Assembly: GCF_018977255.1 (NCBI RefSeq)
Contig: NW_024704743.1
Location: 46,688,001-46,752,000 of the forward strand
Reading direction: 5' to 3'
DNA: 64,000 nt
Source of the DNA: Callorhinchus milii
Lineage: Eukaryota
Position 1 is the stretch's first letter. Each line of letters opens with the position of its first letter. The notes below the pieces were generated by a model. The model was not told where the DNA came from. It did not search any database and was given only the letters and a program-made list of their open reading frames with translations. The position numbers and the translations under genes were made by a program. Of this stretch, positions 24,691 to 37,369 are shown in pieces.

Positions 24691-27029
24691 GAAGACTTGT
24701 CAATGTCACTGAGGATCCTGTTTGCCCAGTTTATTGCTGCCTCACATTGTTTAGACATGGTGTTTGATGGGTTACCCAATGGCCATTCAGGGAAGTACCA
24801 GAGGGTGAGGCTGTGGAAACAGACTCCAGTGTGAGCTAGATCTTCCAGGAGATGAATACAATGATTTTAATACTTTTACTTTGTTTTTGTTCTGTTCTGC
24901 CCAATCGACAGTTTAAAACTGTTCCATTTCCCTGTGACAATAAAATAAATAGCATCTCTGTGATTAATAGCCCCTCAGCTCTCAATGAGGAACAGTTTGT
25001 GAAATCACAATGAACAACACGGAAACACTGATGGTTTGTCAAATTTCAACAAAGAATGAGAACACAGTGAATGGCTCCTCAAAAGTCATTGAAGAGAAAG
25101 GCCTCAAATACTTGTCTTGGAGTAAAGACATGGCAACTCCCACAGTAAATGGCAATTGGCTTTCAGATATAACACCCTACTGTAGTATAAATCACACTTC
25201 AGTTTTATAAGGGCACATTACATTACACATATTATTTACTGAAATTTGAGAAACAAGCTATTTCAATGGGATTTCAGTCAGTGTTCTTCATTGTGATTTG
25301 ACAGACTTCTTTATTGATACTCATTCTTTATTGAGATCTGAGGGGCTTTTAATCTAGGGGATGCTAATTCTTTAGTGACTAATACAGAGAAATAGAATAT
25401 TTTTGAACTGGAGCAGAACAGAACAGAAAACAATATAACAGTCTTATCATTGTTGCATGCAACTCCTGAAGGATCTAGCTCACACAGAGTATGATCCCAC
25501 AGGCACCAGACACACCCTCTGGTTCTTTGTCCCAGTTGCAGTAAATACTCAAGGTCTACTCACAAGAATATGAAAGTATAAATCACAGAAAGCAAAAGAG
25601 CACTCACTTTGCATGCAAGAGGACCTGGGTTAGATTCCCGGACAGGGAGAAACCTCAAGCAAGTTTCCTTACTCTACAGGCCTCTGTTTACCTATCAGTA
25701 AATAGCTGAGGGGAGCTGGGAGGGCGAAAAAAGACTGAAAGTGTGGTCAAAGACATTCGTTTGATGGACCTTGAACGAGGTAAGGAGGAAATTGGAAGGA
25801 TTCCAGAGAGCGGGAGCAGAAAGGCTGAAAGCCCACCTGCCAATGGTGAAGCAACAACAACAAGAATTGCATTTGTATAGCGCCTTTCACGTCTGGAGGA
25901 CATCCCAGGTACAACAACAACAACTTGCATTTATATAGCATCCCTCACGCAGCATAGCGTCTCAGAGTCTTTGAACATGAAGGTAGTGGAGAATATGAAG
26001 CAGGCTGTGCTTGCTGAGCAAATGGAACGGCCAGTTCAGTAGGGTTTGAGGAAGTCGCAAAGGTAGGGTGATATGGTGCATGGAGATGTATCAGCAATGT
26101 AGTGACAAATGTGTACGCTTTTTCTTGAAGAAGCTACTTTTTATAGTCATTACTATAACAGCTCCATGTGTGAAGCCCAGTTTAACATTACTGGTCTTGT
26201 TTTCTTCTTCCTCAAGCAATGTGACCAAGGATCCTATTTCCTTGTTTATTGCTGCCTCACACTTACTGATATGGTGACAAGTTGCTGAGTGGTCAGTTGG
26301 GTAAGGTTCTACTGGCTGGCTGTTCCTATGGGTGAGTTAAATCACATAGTCTACATGCATTCAAGAGACAGTTAGATTTTCATATGAGGGAGAGGGGAAT
26401 AGAAGGGTATGGGAGGAAGTAAGAAATGGGTAGAAACTCATGTGGAGTGCAAATACTGGCATGGACTGGTTGGGCCAACTGACCTGGTTCCATGCTCTAC
26501 AGTCTTATTGGTCTGTTCTACTCTATCTTCAGTTCAAAAATATAGACATGGCAAGCTCCATTTTCACTTAGTAGCTAGTGAAGCGTAATATCTCAGTGAT
26601 GAATGAACTTGTATCTCATTGAACAACAGTCTAAAATCGCAGTGAAGAAAAGCCCTTCAAAAAAGCTTGAATCTAAATGATGAATGGAAACCTTATTGAT
26701 AATTTTTATTGCAAATTTCAGTGAAGGGCATTGCTTCACAGTAAATGCCTTTGAATTATATTGAAGCAACATTGTAATGTTAAAATATTGCCGTCTTGTA
26801 CCTTCTTTGCCACTCAATAGTACAGTCTATTTATGTTTTTAGTGTACTTCATCATTCTTGGTTTCCTGTAGACAAGCTGTTACACTTACTTTTAGACACG
26901 TGTATTTTTTTCCCTTTCCAAGGCAATGCAGTGTATCATTTTACAAGAGGACGATTTCTGCAAGTCTAAATTTATTTTCATAGCGTGTCTTTAGTTTTCC
27001 CTCTGTTCACATTATCTAAATTTCAAATT

Positions 27030-27490
27030 ACTCATTTATTTCCTTCATTCTCCTGTCAGCGCCTCCTCATCTCAAGCATTGACTGCATCGACCTGGACCT
27101 ATCCTCATTCCACCTGACAGAGGCGGTGCCGAACCTCAATGTTTTGTTCAACCCCCAGTTTCCTTCAAACCCTACATCCAGGCTCACTCAGCCTCCCCTC
27201 ATCTCTACACCACCTGCCTCTGTTACTACCTCTCGCCCTGCCAAGACCCTCATCCATGCTTTGCTCACCTCCAGGTTCAACTATTCCAACATCCTCCTCA
27301 GCGGACTCCCAAGCTCATCCCTATGCAAGCTGCAGACCATCCAGAATTCTGCAGCTTGTGTTCTCTCCTGCACCGAGCCCCATGAGTTGATATTCCCATT
27401 CCTCGCTCAGCTGTGCTGGCTCCCCGAGAGAATCAATTCAAAATTCTCATGCAATCTTTGCAAGCTACCGCTCTGCAACCTCCAGCAACC
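27030..27490 (+). mobile_element. L2 LINE ORF2 fragment
   Basis: AKTLIHALLTSRFNYSNILLSGLPSSSLCKLQTIQNSAA. Confidence 0.85.
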
Positions 27491-27509
27491 TACTGGCAAC
27501 AACATTTTT

Positions 27510-27763
27510 ATAATAATAATAATCCTCGCTTTTGATATAGCACCTTATCATGTCGTTGAGACATCTCAAAGCATTTCACAGGATATGCTGTAAAATGTAT
27601 GGATTGTGTATTTTGTGGGTGAAAAGCCAACCATGGAGTGAGTGACCGATTTATTTAGGAGATTGTTGTCCAGGACACCAGGAGAGAGAAACTCCCTTCT
27701 CTTTTCACATAGGGCCATGGGATCTTTCAAGTCCACCTGAACAGGCAGATGGGACCTCAATTT
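27510..27763 (-). mobile_element. Deu-domain SINE, older type
   Basis: Minus strand reads ccatctgcctgttcaggtggacttgaaagatcccatggccct...gagtttctctctcctggtgtcctggac, plus tail. Confidence 0.8.
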
Positions 27764-27915
27764 AATTTGGTCTCTAAGCAGGACTTCATGTTCAGTTCTC
27801 TTACTGAATTCGGAATTTGAATCATGGCTTTAGCCTTGGCACAAGCCAGTGTAGAAGCAAATTTGTATCACCTCTAAACTTCAGTTTCCTGCATTCAGTA
27901 ATTTGCACATTATTT

Positions 27916-29163
27916 ATAGGAACATAGGAATTAGGAGCAGGAGTAGGCCATTCGGCTCCTCGAGCCTGCCCTGCTATTCAATAAGATCATGGCTGATCTT
28001 CTAACCTAACTCCATCTGCCCCCCTTATCCCTATATCCCTTAATCCCTCTATCCTTTAGAAATTTATCAATCTCAGTCTGGAATATGTTCAAGGACTGAG
28101 CATCTATAGCCTTTTGGGGTAGAGAATTCCATAAATTTCTTCAACTCTGTTCAAAAGAGCTGTCCCTTATTCTTAAGACTGACCCGTAGTTCTAGATTCT
28201 CCAACCGGGGAAATAGTCTTGCACTGTCTACTCTGTCAAGCCCGACAAGAATCTTATATGTTTCTATAAGATCACCCCTCATTCTTCTGTATTCTAGAGA
28301 ATACAGCCCTAGTTTACTCAACCGATCCTCATAGGTCAACACCCTCATCCCAGGAACTAACAACAACAACAACAACAACAACAACAAGATTCCATTTATA
28401 GAGCGCCTTTCACGTCAGGAGGACGTCCCAAGGCGCTGCACAGTTGGGTCATGACCCGAGCAGGGGGGAAATGGTCAGGGTGAGGGGAGGGAAGGGACGG
28501 AGCGAGAAGGGGGAAGAGAGTCGAGAGGGGAGCTGAAGGCACGGTCAAAGAGACCGTGTAACCTAGTGAATCTACGCTGCACCCCCTCTGAGGCGAGTAT
28601 GTCCTTTCTTAAATAAGGAGACCAAAACTGCACACAATATTCTAGGTGCGGTCTCACCAAGGCCCTATACAGTTGCAGCAAGACTTCCCTACTCTTGTAT
28701 TCTAACCCTTTTTCAATAAACGCCAACATGCCATTAGCCTTCCTAGTTGCTTGTTGTACCTGCATACTAACTTTTTGTGACTGGTGTACAAGGACACCCA
28801 AATCTCTCTGAACACTAACACTATCTAATCTCTCCTCTTCTAGAAAATAATCTGCTTTTCTGTTTTTACTACCTAGGTGAATAACTTCACACTTCCCACA
28901 TTAAATTCCATCTGCCATCTTCTTGCCCACTCCCCTAGCCTATCTATATTCCTTTGCAATCTTTTTTCATCCTCAGAGCTTACTCTCCCACCTAGCTTAG
29001 TATCATCTGCGAATTTAGATATTTTAAGTTCTATGTCCTCGTCCAGATCATTGATGTAGATTGTAAATAGTTGAGGCCCAAGCACTGATCCTTGTGGCAC
29101 TCCACTAGCCACATCTTGCCAATCTGAGAAGGACTCGTTTATCCCTACTCTTTGTTTTTTTCC
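27916..29163 (-). mobile_element. 5'-truncated CR1 LINE (RT C-terminus and 3' tail), interrupted by an L2 insertion
   Basis: SGVPQGSVLGP, FADDTKL and LVRPHLEYCVQFWSP. Same tail as the 11515 copy. Confidence 0.93.
28362..28558 (-). mobile_element. Young ~200-bp L2 3' end nested in CR1, (TTG)n tail, TAAC target-site duplication
   Basis: TAAC at 28358-28361 and 28559-28562. The empty site ggaactaaccgagtgaatc is visible in the 11515 copy. Confidence 0.85.
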
Positions 29164-32041
29164 CATCATATCATGGATGATGCGAGGAATTCTCTATGGG
29201 ATTATGTATGAAAGAATCCTGCAAGGAAATACCACAAATTAGACCCCTACTATTCTTCCTAACTTAAGAACATAAGAAATGCTAGATGAAAAAAGACCAA
29301 GGTCCATCTAGTTCGCCTTTCCCACAATGTTATTTCCTAAAAGAAAACTATTTAATCTGTGTTTGAAAGAATTAACACTTCCTGCATCAACTGCCTTCCT
29401 GAATCTCTGATGATGTCAACCTCACTTCAGGGGGTTACACTTGTATTAATTTCTAGGCTACTGTCTTCAGTTCTTTCAGTTCCTGGAATCAGTTCTGATA
29501 TGTTAAGAAAGTCATGAAACGTAAATCCCTTGATATTATATGGAGCTATTATATCATGTTAAACCTGTCAGAGGCCAGTCTATTTCCTGTCACAGTCTTC
29601 TTCATATTTAGTTTGACATCTTAATATAGAACCAATGTTCTGCTTACTCCACTGAAAGCCTTCACTAATTCAGGGGAAAGGAACCTCCCATCTCCACTTT
29701 AACTTCCAGCCTGATGATCTTGATCTATGTTCTGATCTCAGCTTGACAGAAGCATGATTTCATTTTGCAATACTTGTTCAAAGAAGCCACTGTATTTCTT
29801 TTTCCACAATCCATTCATCCCATAGACAACAACAACACCTTGTGTTTATATCGGACCCTTCCCACAGAGTCGTGTCTCAGAGACGTTAACATGCAGCTTG
29901 ATCCTGCGCCAGGGAGAAAGGGGAAGTCGTAGGTACGATCGGTGGAAGTGGAAAAAAAGCAATCTGAAGCCAGTCAAGGAGAGATTGAGAACTTTTTGAG
30001 TGATTTAGAACATAAGGAGTGGTTGATTCAAAGATGTCTGAGTCATTTCTGTTGCTGACAAGGTTTTTGTGTAATGTCCTCCTGGCTTTAAATGATTTTA
30101 GCAAAAAAGCCCTAATATAAAGACAAAAAAGAATGATACAATTTTTATATGCTTTGCACTTTAAAAGTGATGATGTCTAGTGCTTTTTTTCACAAAGAAT
30201 GTTGCCAAAAATGTCTTGTTTGCAAACAAAACTTCTGGCATACAAACATTGAGCATTGAATAATTATGGTAGTTTTATGAGTCCACAAACCTTTTTGAAT
30301 GCTTTGAGCAGTTGCTATGTACAATACAAATAGACTCGTGCAAATAGATATACATTTAGCAGGATCTAACACACATTTACTAGGAATTGTTTCATTCCAT
30401 TCTGATAAGTGAAAATCCAATCTGATAGCAAACAACTTGGGATGAAAAGTCCACTGCTGTAGATTTACTCTGTTGACTTAGCATTTCAGAGTATCTAGAA
30501 TTTGGCAAATTCTTATATACAAATCTGAAGCTCATTTCCCCTCTCTAAATTCTTCTAAAAATGACAAAAAAATGAATTTAAAGTTCAGATTGAATTTGCA
30601 CTTGCCAAATTCTGTATACTCTGAAAATCTAAGAAAAGAAAATCAATCCAGATGGGAATGGAATTCTTCTCCTACCATATCTTGGATCATTTGTAACACA
30701 TCTCTTGGGATCAGCCTAACGGCTGTAAAAATGAACTGCAGAAAACACATTAAGACTGATTTTAAGGATGTTCTTAATTGGTTACATTTTAAGGCAACAG
30801 GCTTAAGGCTACATTGATACCTAGTCAGGAAAGAACAGATAAAATGCCAGAGGTCAATCATGTTCATTCCCAGGATAATTCTCCATTCCACTTCCCATCG
30901 CAGGATCTACACATCTCTCCTTGTTTTGGCCACTTGGTGCCCTCCCAGGGGATGAGGGGATGTAAAAAACAGAGAGAATAAAGAACAAATAGCTAATTAT
31001 TGGAGGGAAAGGGGGGGAATTACCTGCAAATTCCTTCCTAAATCCCGACACTCAAGCGAGCTCCAGAAAAGGGCTGAACCACCACCAACACAAGAGTATC
31101 TATTGTTTATATCTCCTTGCATCCTACTACTATTGACATTGGTTGGCAGATCCTCGCTTCCTTAAGAAATCTGTCTATATTTCTTTTGAATACATGGATG
31201 CTATCTGTGTAACCAGTATCACGTGTGAGTCTGAGAGATATCCAATACTCACTGAGTGAATACATGCTTCCTCATGTCCAGTTTCTAGGTGTGACCTGTA
31301 GTTCTGGAACACATGTTGACTGAAGACTATATTGTCTGTCATTACATCAATTCCATGCAAGATTCATAGATTCATAGAATGTTATGGCACAGAAGGAGGC
31401 CATTCGGCTCATCGAGTCTGTGCCAGCTCTTTGACAGAGCAAGTCACTTTCACTAACGCCAATCACCAGATCTCAACAAGATCTCCTCTCAATTTGCTCT
31501 GCTTCAAAGTGAGCAAGCCCAGTTACTTGAGCCTTTGCTATAGAGTTACCCTCTAAGGATGGAATCAACTTGGTGGACTTTCTCTGCATTTTCTGCAGTG
31601 CCATTACACCCTCAGTTCGGTAGGACATCCGGAACTGGACACAGTCCATGAGGTGGGTGGGGCAGTATATGGTACACTGTCAAAATAAGCTCTTAAGATT
31701 TGTAATCGATTGTTCATGCTAAACATCCTATCACTCAGTTGACCCTAGCAATGGCCGCCTTGCACTGTGTGATCAATGATCTGTCTTGAGGGAAAGCTTG
31801 CCCCTAAGGTAGTAAAACTAAGATTTCTAGTCCTCAAAGTCAATCACATTACTCTGCACTTTTTGACCATGAAAGAACATATTATTGCTTGATGCACACT
31901 AAGAGAAATATGTGATCTCAGATGTTGACATATTTATATTGCAAGATTTGTATTTGAAACAATGGTTTACTGTTGTTATTTTATCATCCTGAAAGTCTGT
32001 TGGGACTGTATTAAGAAAACATACTTTTCTTTACATTCTAG

Positions 32042-32138
32042 GGGCAAAAAGGTGATATTGGTCCTGCTGGACTTCTGGGTCCTTCAGGTCCACCGGGACC
32101 GTCTGGTCTTCCTGGTCCTCCCGGGAGATCTGCACCAG
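32042..32138 (+). CDS. COLQ: COLQ exon 12 (97 nt)
   Basis: ctag|GGG...CCAG|gtgaga; [32 protein letters not shown](G). Confidence 0.96.
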
Positions 32139-33855
32139 GTGAGAGACATGCCCCAGACTTGCTTCTAACATATAATGACAAATGGAATTAATCAAAGAAG
32201 AAAAGTGGAAGTTAGAATACATTTTTTTTACAAAGAGGTATTAGGAATGTTAATGCAAGAGGTGATCCTTCAGCCGCTGGGCCAGTTGATTATGTTGTAG
32301 CAGATGTTTTAATCCCATCCTATCTCAGGACTTTCTTTGGCTTGTAGAGTTAATGAGAATTGAGTGGGAACAATCCCTATACCCAATGACTAATCTTCCC
32401 CTCCTAGTCCTCCTGATGAGTTGCCCCTGGAGTATTGCAGGCATCACCTGGTTCAGAACTGGACCGCCAAGATTGCCACAGAAGGCTAACTCGATTCCCA
32501 CCTTACATTGCCAAGCATGTCACTTTGGAGCCAGTTCAGCTCCACTTCAAGGAGACCCCGATAACTTCTCCTACCCACCCCCCGGGAATAAAGCAGCAAT
32601 TCTAAATAATAGGTTTCGACAATGCAATGTTCACTGAAGTGATTGGAAGTGCCAGCTGGAGGCACTACACTCAGCCCAAGAGGTTAGATTGAGACTAGCT
32701 ATTTGTGCAGATCTCCAGGGTGTGAGGAATGCCAGGAGCGTGAAATGGGCGGCTGTGAGAGATGGCCTTTTGCTCTTTGACTATTATTGCACTTCAGTGG
32801 CATTCGGAGGTCACCATTCATATTCGCTGTCCCTTTTGCCAATATTACTAATTATGGAGGATTTCAGCAATCACTATTAGCACTTCCCCTGAAGTTTAGC
32901 AAATATCGCAAATTAGACCCAAAGTGTATAAATGAGCTAAACACAAAAATCTGTTCTAATTTAAACATATTGGGTATGGGTTAACCATTCCCTTTAAAAT
33001 AATGAAAGCAGCCAGTGGTTAGTGGGTATTTTTCCCATCCGATTGTTTATCTAGTAGGTGGAGCTCTCACACAAGTAGTCCATTGGGAAGGTTGAGGATA
33101 CACACAGTGGAGAAGCTGTGTAATGACTGCACACTGACCTTTGATGGACCAGTAGTTCCTGACTCTGCAGATTTAGTTGAATTAATACTAAAGAGCTCTG
33201 GCAGTTTGAATCCATCTGAGATTGTGGCTTTCAACATAAATTTAACTGCTCCATTATTAATAAGGTTTTCACAGCTAATCTGACTAGATGGTTGTTCATT
33301 AGATTCCTGCAATCTCATTTGTGGCACGTTTTTCTCAATTTCAAATGAAAGGACATTTGGGGGGAAAGTGAGAACAGCCTCACACATTGCTGATGTAATG
33401 AGCTATCTGGGGAACACTGCGCAGAATCAGTAAGACAGAAAGCAAGGCAGAGCACTTAAATTACCCTGGCAGTTTTAATACAACTTAAATTACTATGAAT
33501 TTCAGCAGTAAAAACAATAAAATATCAACCCGGCTGTTCAACAAACGTAATAAAAAAATCTTTCCAACAGTGTGCGCCAAATACGAAGTAGACATTGCTC
33601 TGACTGTTCAGGGAGCTCCCCAAAGGACACATTCTCCTGAAAGGAGACAGGAAACTGCCTGTAAATAGCTTGTATGAGAGACTTGTCAGACCTTAAACAA
33701 AATGCTAAATACGATTGAGAAAGTAAACTCAGAATGGTACTTTCACTTGAAGCAAGTTAGCAGAATAAGAGAAAACATCATAGGTTCAGGGCTGTGAAGG
33801 ACAATATCAGGACAGTCACAAGGGAATATTTCTTTACACAGACAGTAATTAACAA

Positions 33856-33858
<3 letters not shown>

Positions 33859-33898
<40 letters not shown>

Positions 33899-34000
33899 TC
33901 TTGCATTTGGCATAGTGCCTTATCACAATCTTGGAGACATTTCAAAGCGCTTCACAGAATATTCTGTAAAGTGAATTGAGACTGCATATTTTGTGGGCGA
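33859..34000 (-). mobile_element. SINE 3' fragment with long (AAT)n tail, inserted in an old CR1 3' remnant (about 33640-34170)
   Basis: (AAT)13 followed by tcttgcatttggcatagtgcc. The left flank reads FFTQTVINK and the right flank continues as CR1-like sequence. Confidence 0.75.
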
Positions 34001-34288
34001 AACAATAAGAATGAGTTTTACAGAAAGAGTGGTTGGGATCAGGCCGCTGGATTCATTTAAGAAACCGTTTAATGCTGTGATGGGAGGACAGTAGCTTGGG
34101 TATTATTGAAAGATGAGATCAAATGGGCCAAAGGCCCTTCTTCATTGCAACCTGTCTTGTGATATTGTATGGTCTTGTGAACTTATTTGCAGTTTATTCA
34201 GTCATAGTAACAGAGGATTGTGAAATTCAGAAGAGCTTTATTGAACATCTATTATTAAATACTAAAGTAATTTGCTTCCATTGAAAAG

Positions 34289-34419
34289 GCCGATTAATGA
34301 TTGGACCAAAAGGTGAAAGAGGACCTCAAGGACGATGTCACTGTAATCTCCGACAGACCATTAACAACCCATCGCATGGTCTACTCCCAGCCTCAGGCAA
34401 CTCGCCTCAAGTGCCAGTA
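34289..34419 (+). CDS. COLQ: COLQ exon 13 (131 nt), end of collagen plus CxC
   Basis: aaag|GC...GTA|gtaagc; (G)RLMIGPKGERGPQGRCHCNLRQTINNPSHGLLPASGNSPQVPV. Confidence 0.94.
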
Positions 34420-34589
34420 GTAAGCGCTTTGTGTTTTATAGTCATTGCCAATCCTACTTTGTATCAGAATATATTAGATTTATCACAGCTAGTTGATTCA
34501 AGAATTACATTTGAATGAATCATCCCCATTAGATGGAAGTTCTGTTCTAAGGTTATTTCTCAGATAAACAGTTACACTTTTTTCATTAT

Positions 34590-34950
34590 TTGTTCCATCA
34601 TTTGCTGCAGGCACTGACACATGCTGGAGCAAGTTGTCATTCTTCATGAGTGAGCCTAGAGTGTGTATTGATAACCTACCTGACTGTGGTAAACACCACA
34701 GTCAAATCTATTCCTGTTCTCGTTCAACACTCACACACACGAACTTCTAGCAGGATCACTGGATAGTGATTAAGTGTAGGAGGCCTGGCCAATAATTTTC
34801 CTGACTTAAATAGGAAAACTAAAGCCAATTATAATATACCTGCTAATGCCTGGCTGACATCAGGCAACTCTAAACAGAACAGGCACCAAAACTAGGATCT
34901 TGCTAGTCAGTATGATTCAGTACCAAACCATGTGGCGGGTTTACCCAGTA
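34590..34950 (-). mobile_element. Old SINE, AmnSINE2-like
   Basis: Minus strand: cactatccagtgatcctgctagaagttcgtgtgtgtgagtg...ctaggctcactcatgaagaatgacaacttg. Confidence 0.5.
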
Positions 34951-35004
34951 ATTCATTAAAGGAATACTATTTTTTAAATCCAGATTCAACTGCAGTAATT
35001 ATTA

Positions 35005-35277
35005 GTGAGTTTGTGTATGTGTGCGAATCTGATTGTGTGATTATGTGTTTGTGTGTATCTGTGGGACTCTGAGTGTGTGCTTCATTGTGTTGGTGATCAT
35101 GTGCAATGTGTTACTCTACATTTGTGTGTGTGTGAGCCTGAGTGTGTCTGACTCTGTGTGATTGTATGCACTGAATCTGTGTGAGTGTGTGTACCCAATT
35201 CTGTGTGAGTTTGTGTCTGAATATGTAACTGTGAGTGTTTGAGCCTGACTCTGTGAGTGTGTGTGGTGGAGTGTGTC
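35005..35277. repeat. Degenerate (GT)-rich simple repeat
   Basis: Recurrent tgtgtgagtgtg and gactctgtg units. Confidence 0.75.
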
Positions 35278-35863
35278 CTGGCCTCAGTGCAGTGGGTGTG
35301 CCTGAAAGGTTTTGTGCTCCATTTCAGAGATCGTTATTTTATTGGACCTAAAATATGATACCAACTGAACTCTGCCAGTCTTCCATGAAGCAGCATTCAA
35401 ACAAATTAGATTGTCTAATTGAAAATCCAAGATGGGCTGACATTGTATAAGAAACAGCTTAGGACCATAACATCCTGCTGAAATGGTGGGGGGGGGGGAA
35501 GAGGTATGGTTCATACCACAACCAGTTTTTAGGAATAGTTGTGAAAATGCCACACTTCATAACCGATTGGATAACTTGTTCAATAATTAATGAATCTCTT
35601 ATGAAAATTGGCATTTTCACCCCAGCAGAATATTGTAGCAAAATATGTTGGTATATGGCCAATGTCCCAGCTAACCGATGGCTTGTTTATACACTGTAGT
35701 CACAGAGACCAAATCATCAGCTTCATTATTTAAATTCTTCTGTAGTTCAGTTATTCAATATATTTGTTAATCATGCCCCTTCCTTCCCAGCCCTCTAGAA
35801 AATGTTATGACATTATGTGTTATTTGATAGAAACTAAAACCACATGCACTTTTTTTGGTTTAG

Positions 35864-35983
35864 ATATTTGTTGTAAATAGTGAAGAAGAACTGGAAAGGC
35901 TAGACACTGAAAATGCACTTGCGTTCAGAAAAGATCAGAGGTCGTTGTACTTCAAGGACACCATGGGATGGCTGCCGATTCAG
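35864..35983 (+). CDS. COLQ: COLQ exon 14 (120 nt), trimerization region
   Basis: ttag|ATA...CAG|gtaata; [40 protein letters not shown]. Confidence 0.97.
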
Positions 35984-36070
35984 GTAATAATATTTTAACT
36001 CCCGAGACTTCCTCTAAGCTGAACGCGTCCAGTTGAGAGTAACAGAGAAGTTTATATATATATATATTAT

Positions 36071-36145
36071 TAAGCTATAACAAAGTGATATATATACATA
36101 TATATTATATATATATATGTATATATATCACTTTGTTACAGCTTA
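36071..36145. repeat. 75-bp AT-rich palindrome
   Basis: 35-bp arms with one mismatch and a 5-nt loop. Confidence 0.9.
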
Positions 36146-36198
36146 TGTTCAAACTTCAAACCCATTTCCCCTGTCCTATAGTTTAGAACCATAACGGA

Positions 36199-36212
36199 GC
36201 GCCATCTGCTGG
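36199..36212 (-). promoter_or_regulatory. Candidate CTCF site
   Basis: Minus strand CCAGCAGATGGCGC, a close match to the CTCF core consensus. Confidence 0.6.
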
Positions 36213-36319
36213 AGTTATATATTAGCCCGAAGAACTAATTTAGGTTCTTGATCATATTGGAAAGAAAAGAACTTGAATTTTTATGTTGCTTTAAGCGACA
36301 AAATAGCTCAAAATGCTTT

Positions 36320-36645
36320 AATAATAATAATAATAATAATCCTTGCATTTGATATAGCGCTTTTCACGTCGGGAGGACGTCCCAAAGCGCTTCACAGAAC
36401 ATACTGTAAAGTGAATTGACTGTATATTTGTGGGCGAACGCGGCAGCCAATTGCGCACAGCAATGTCCCACAAACAGTCGTAGATTGAAAATGACTAATT
36501 TATTATTGTTTTTGTTTTTGGAGGGATTATTATTAGGCGTGTGGAGTAAGCAAACTTGCCCAAGGTTTCGCCCTCTGCCTGGAATTGAACTCAGGTCTCT
36601 CACTTGCAAAGCGAGTGCTCTAACCACTGAGCTACAGGACTCCAC
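36320..36645 (-). mobile_element. Full-length young tRNA-headed SINE, short subfamily
   Basis: Highly similar to 62419-62734. A-box TAGCTCAGTGG, B-box GAGTTCAATTCC. Confidence 0.92.
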
Positions 36646-37369
36646 GAACTTTACAGCAATCATTGGCAATTATAGTGATATCTTGTAGTTAAACACAGTT
36701 GTCGTTCTGCACAAAGCAAGATCCCACAAACAGCCATGGGGCATCCTGTACAGCCACACATTGCATTGATTCCATCCCACAATTCAAAAAAGGAAAGGGA
36801 TTTTCTCCTGGGGTCCTGCCTGAAAATCCCTTCTTGGATAAAATTGGTCACTCCGTACTGTATGTAAATTGGATCTTGCATTCATTCACCAACAAAATGT
36901 ACACATGAAAGCGTGAAAGGACCCATATAAATTAAATTTGTATAGCCATGAAAGGCGCTAAGTGAAGGGCGCTATACAAATGTAATTTGTTGTTGTTGCT
37001 GTACAATCACTACACTTTACAGTAGAATCCTGTCAAGTACCTTGAGATGTCCTGCCAACATGAAAAGACATTATATCAAATGCAAGGATTATTATTAAAA
37101 TTAGTATTAAGGCTAGAAAACAGGTTGTGTGAATCCTACAACTTGTAGGTATATAGCGCCCCTCATGAAGGATGGTAGGAATCCTTAACTTTGACCATCA
37201 ACAAGTAATCCTCCTGGTGAATGAATACAACATCTAAACACACTCTCCAGCACCTCGGGACGTCCTCACAATGTGAAAGGAGTTAAGTTTTCCAATGCTT
37301 GGCTCTTAGCCATAAAGTCAGATTTTGCACCCAGACTAGCAACTGTTCAAATTTAGTGAAGAAGGTTGT

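Noticed and set aside
26985..27593. 202-aa ORF as a host gene
   Set aside because: Degenerate L2 ORF2 fragment running into a SINE tail
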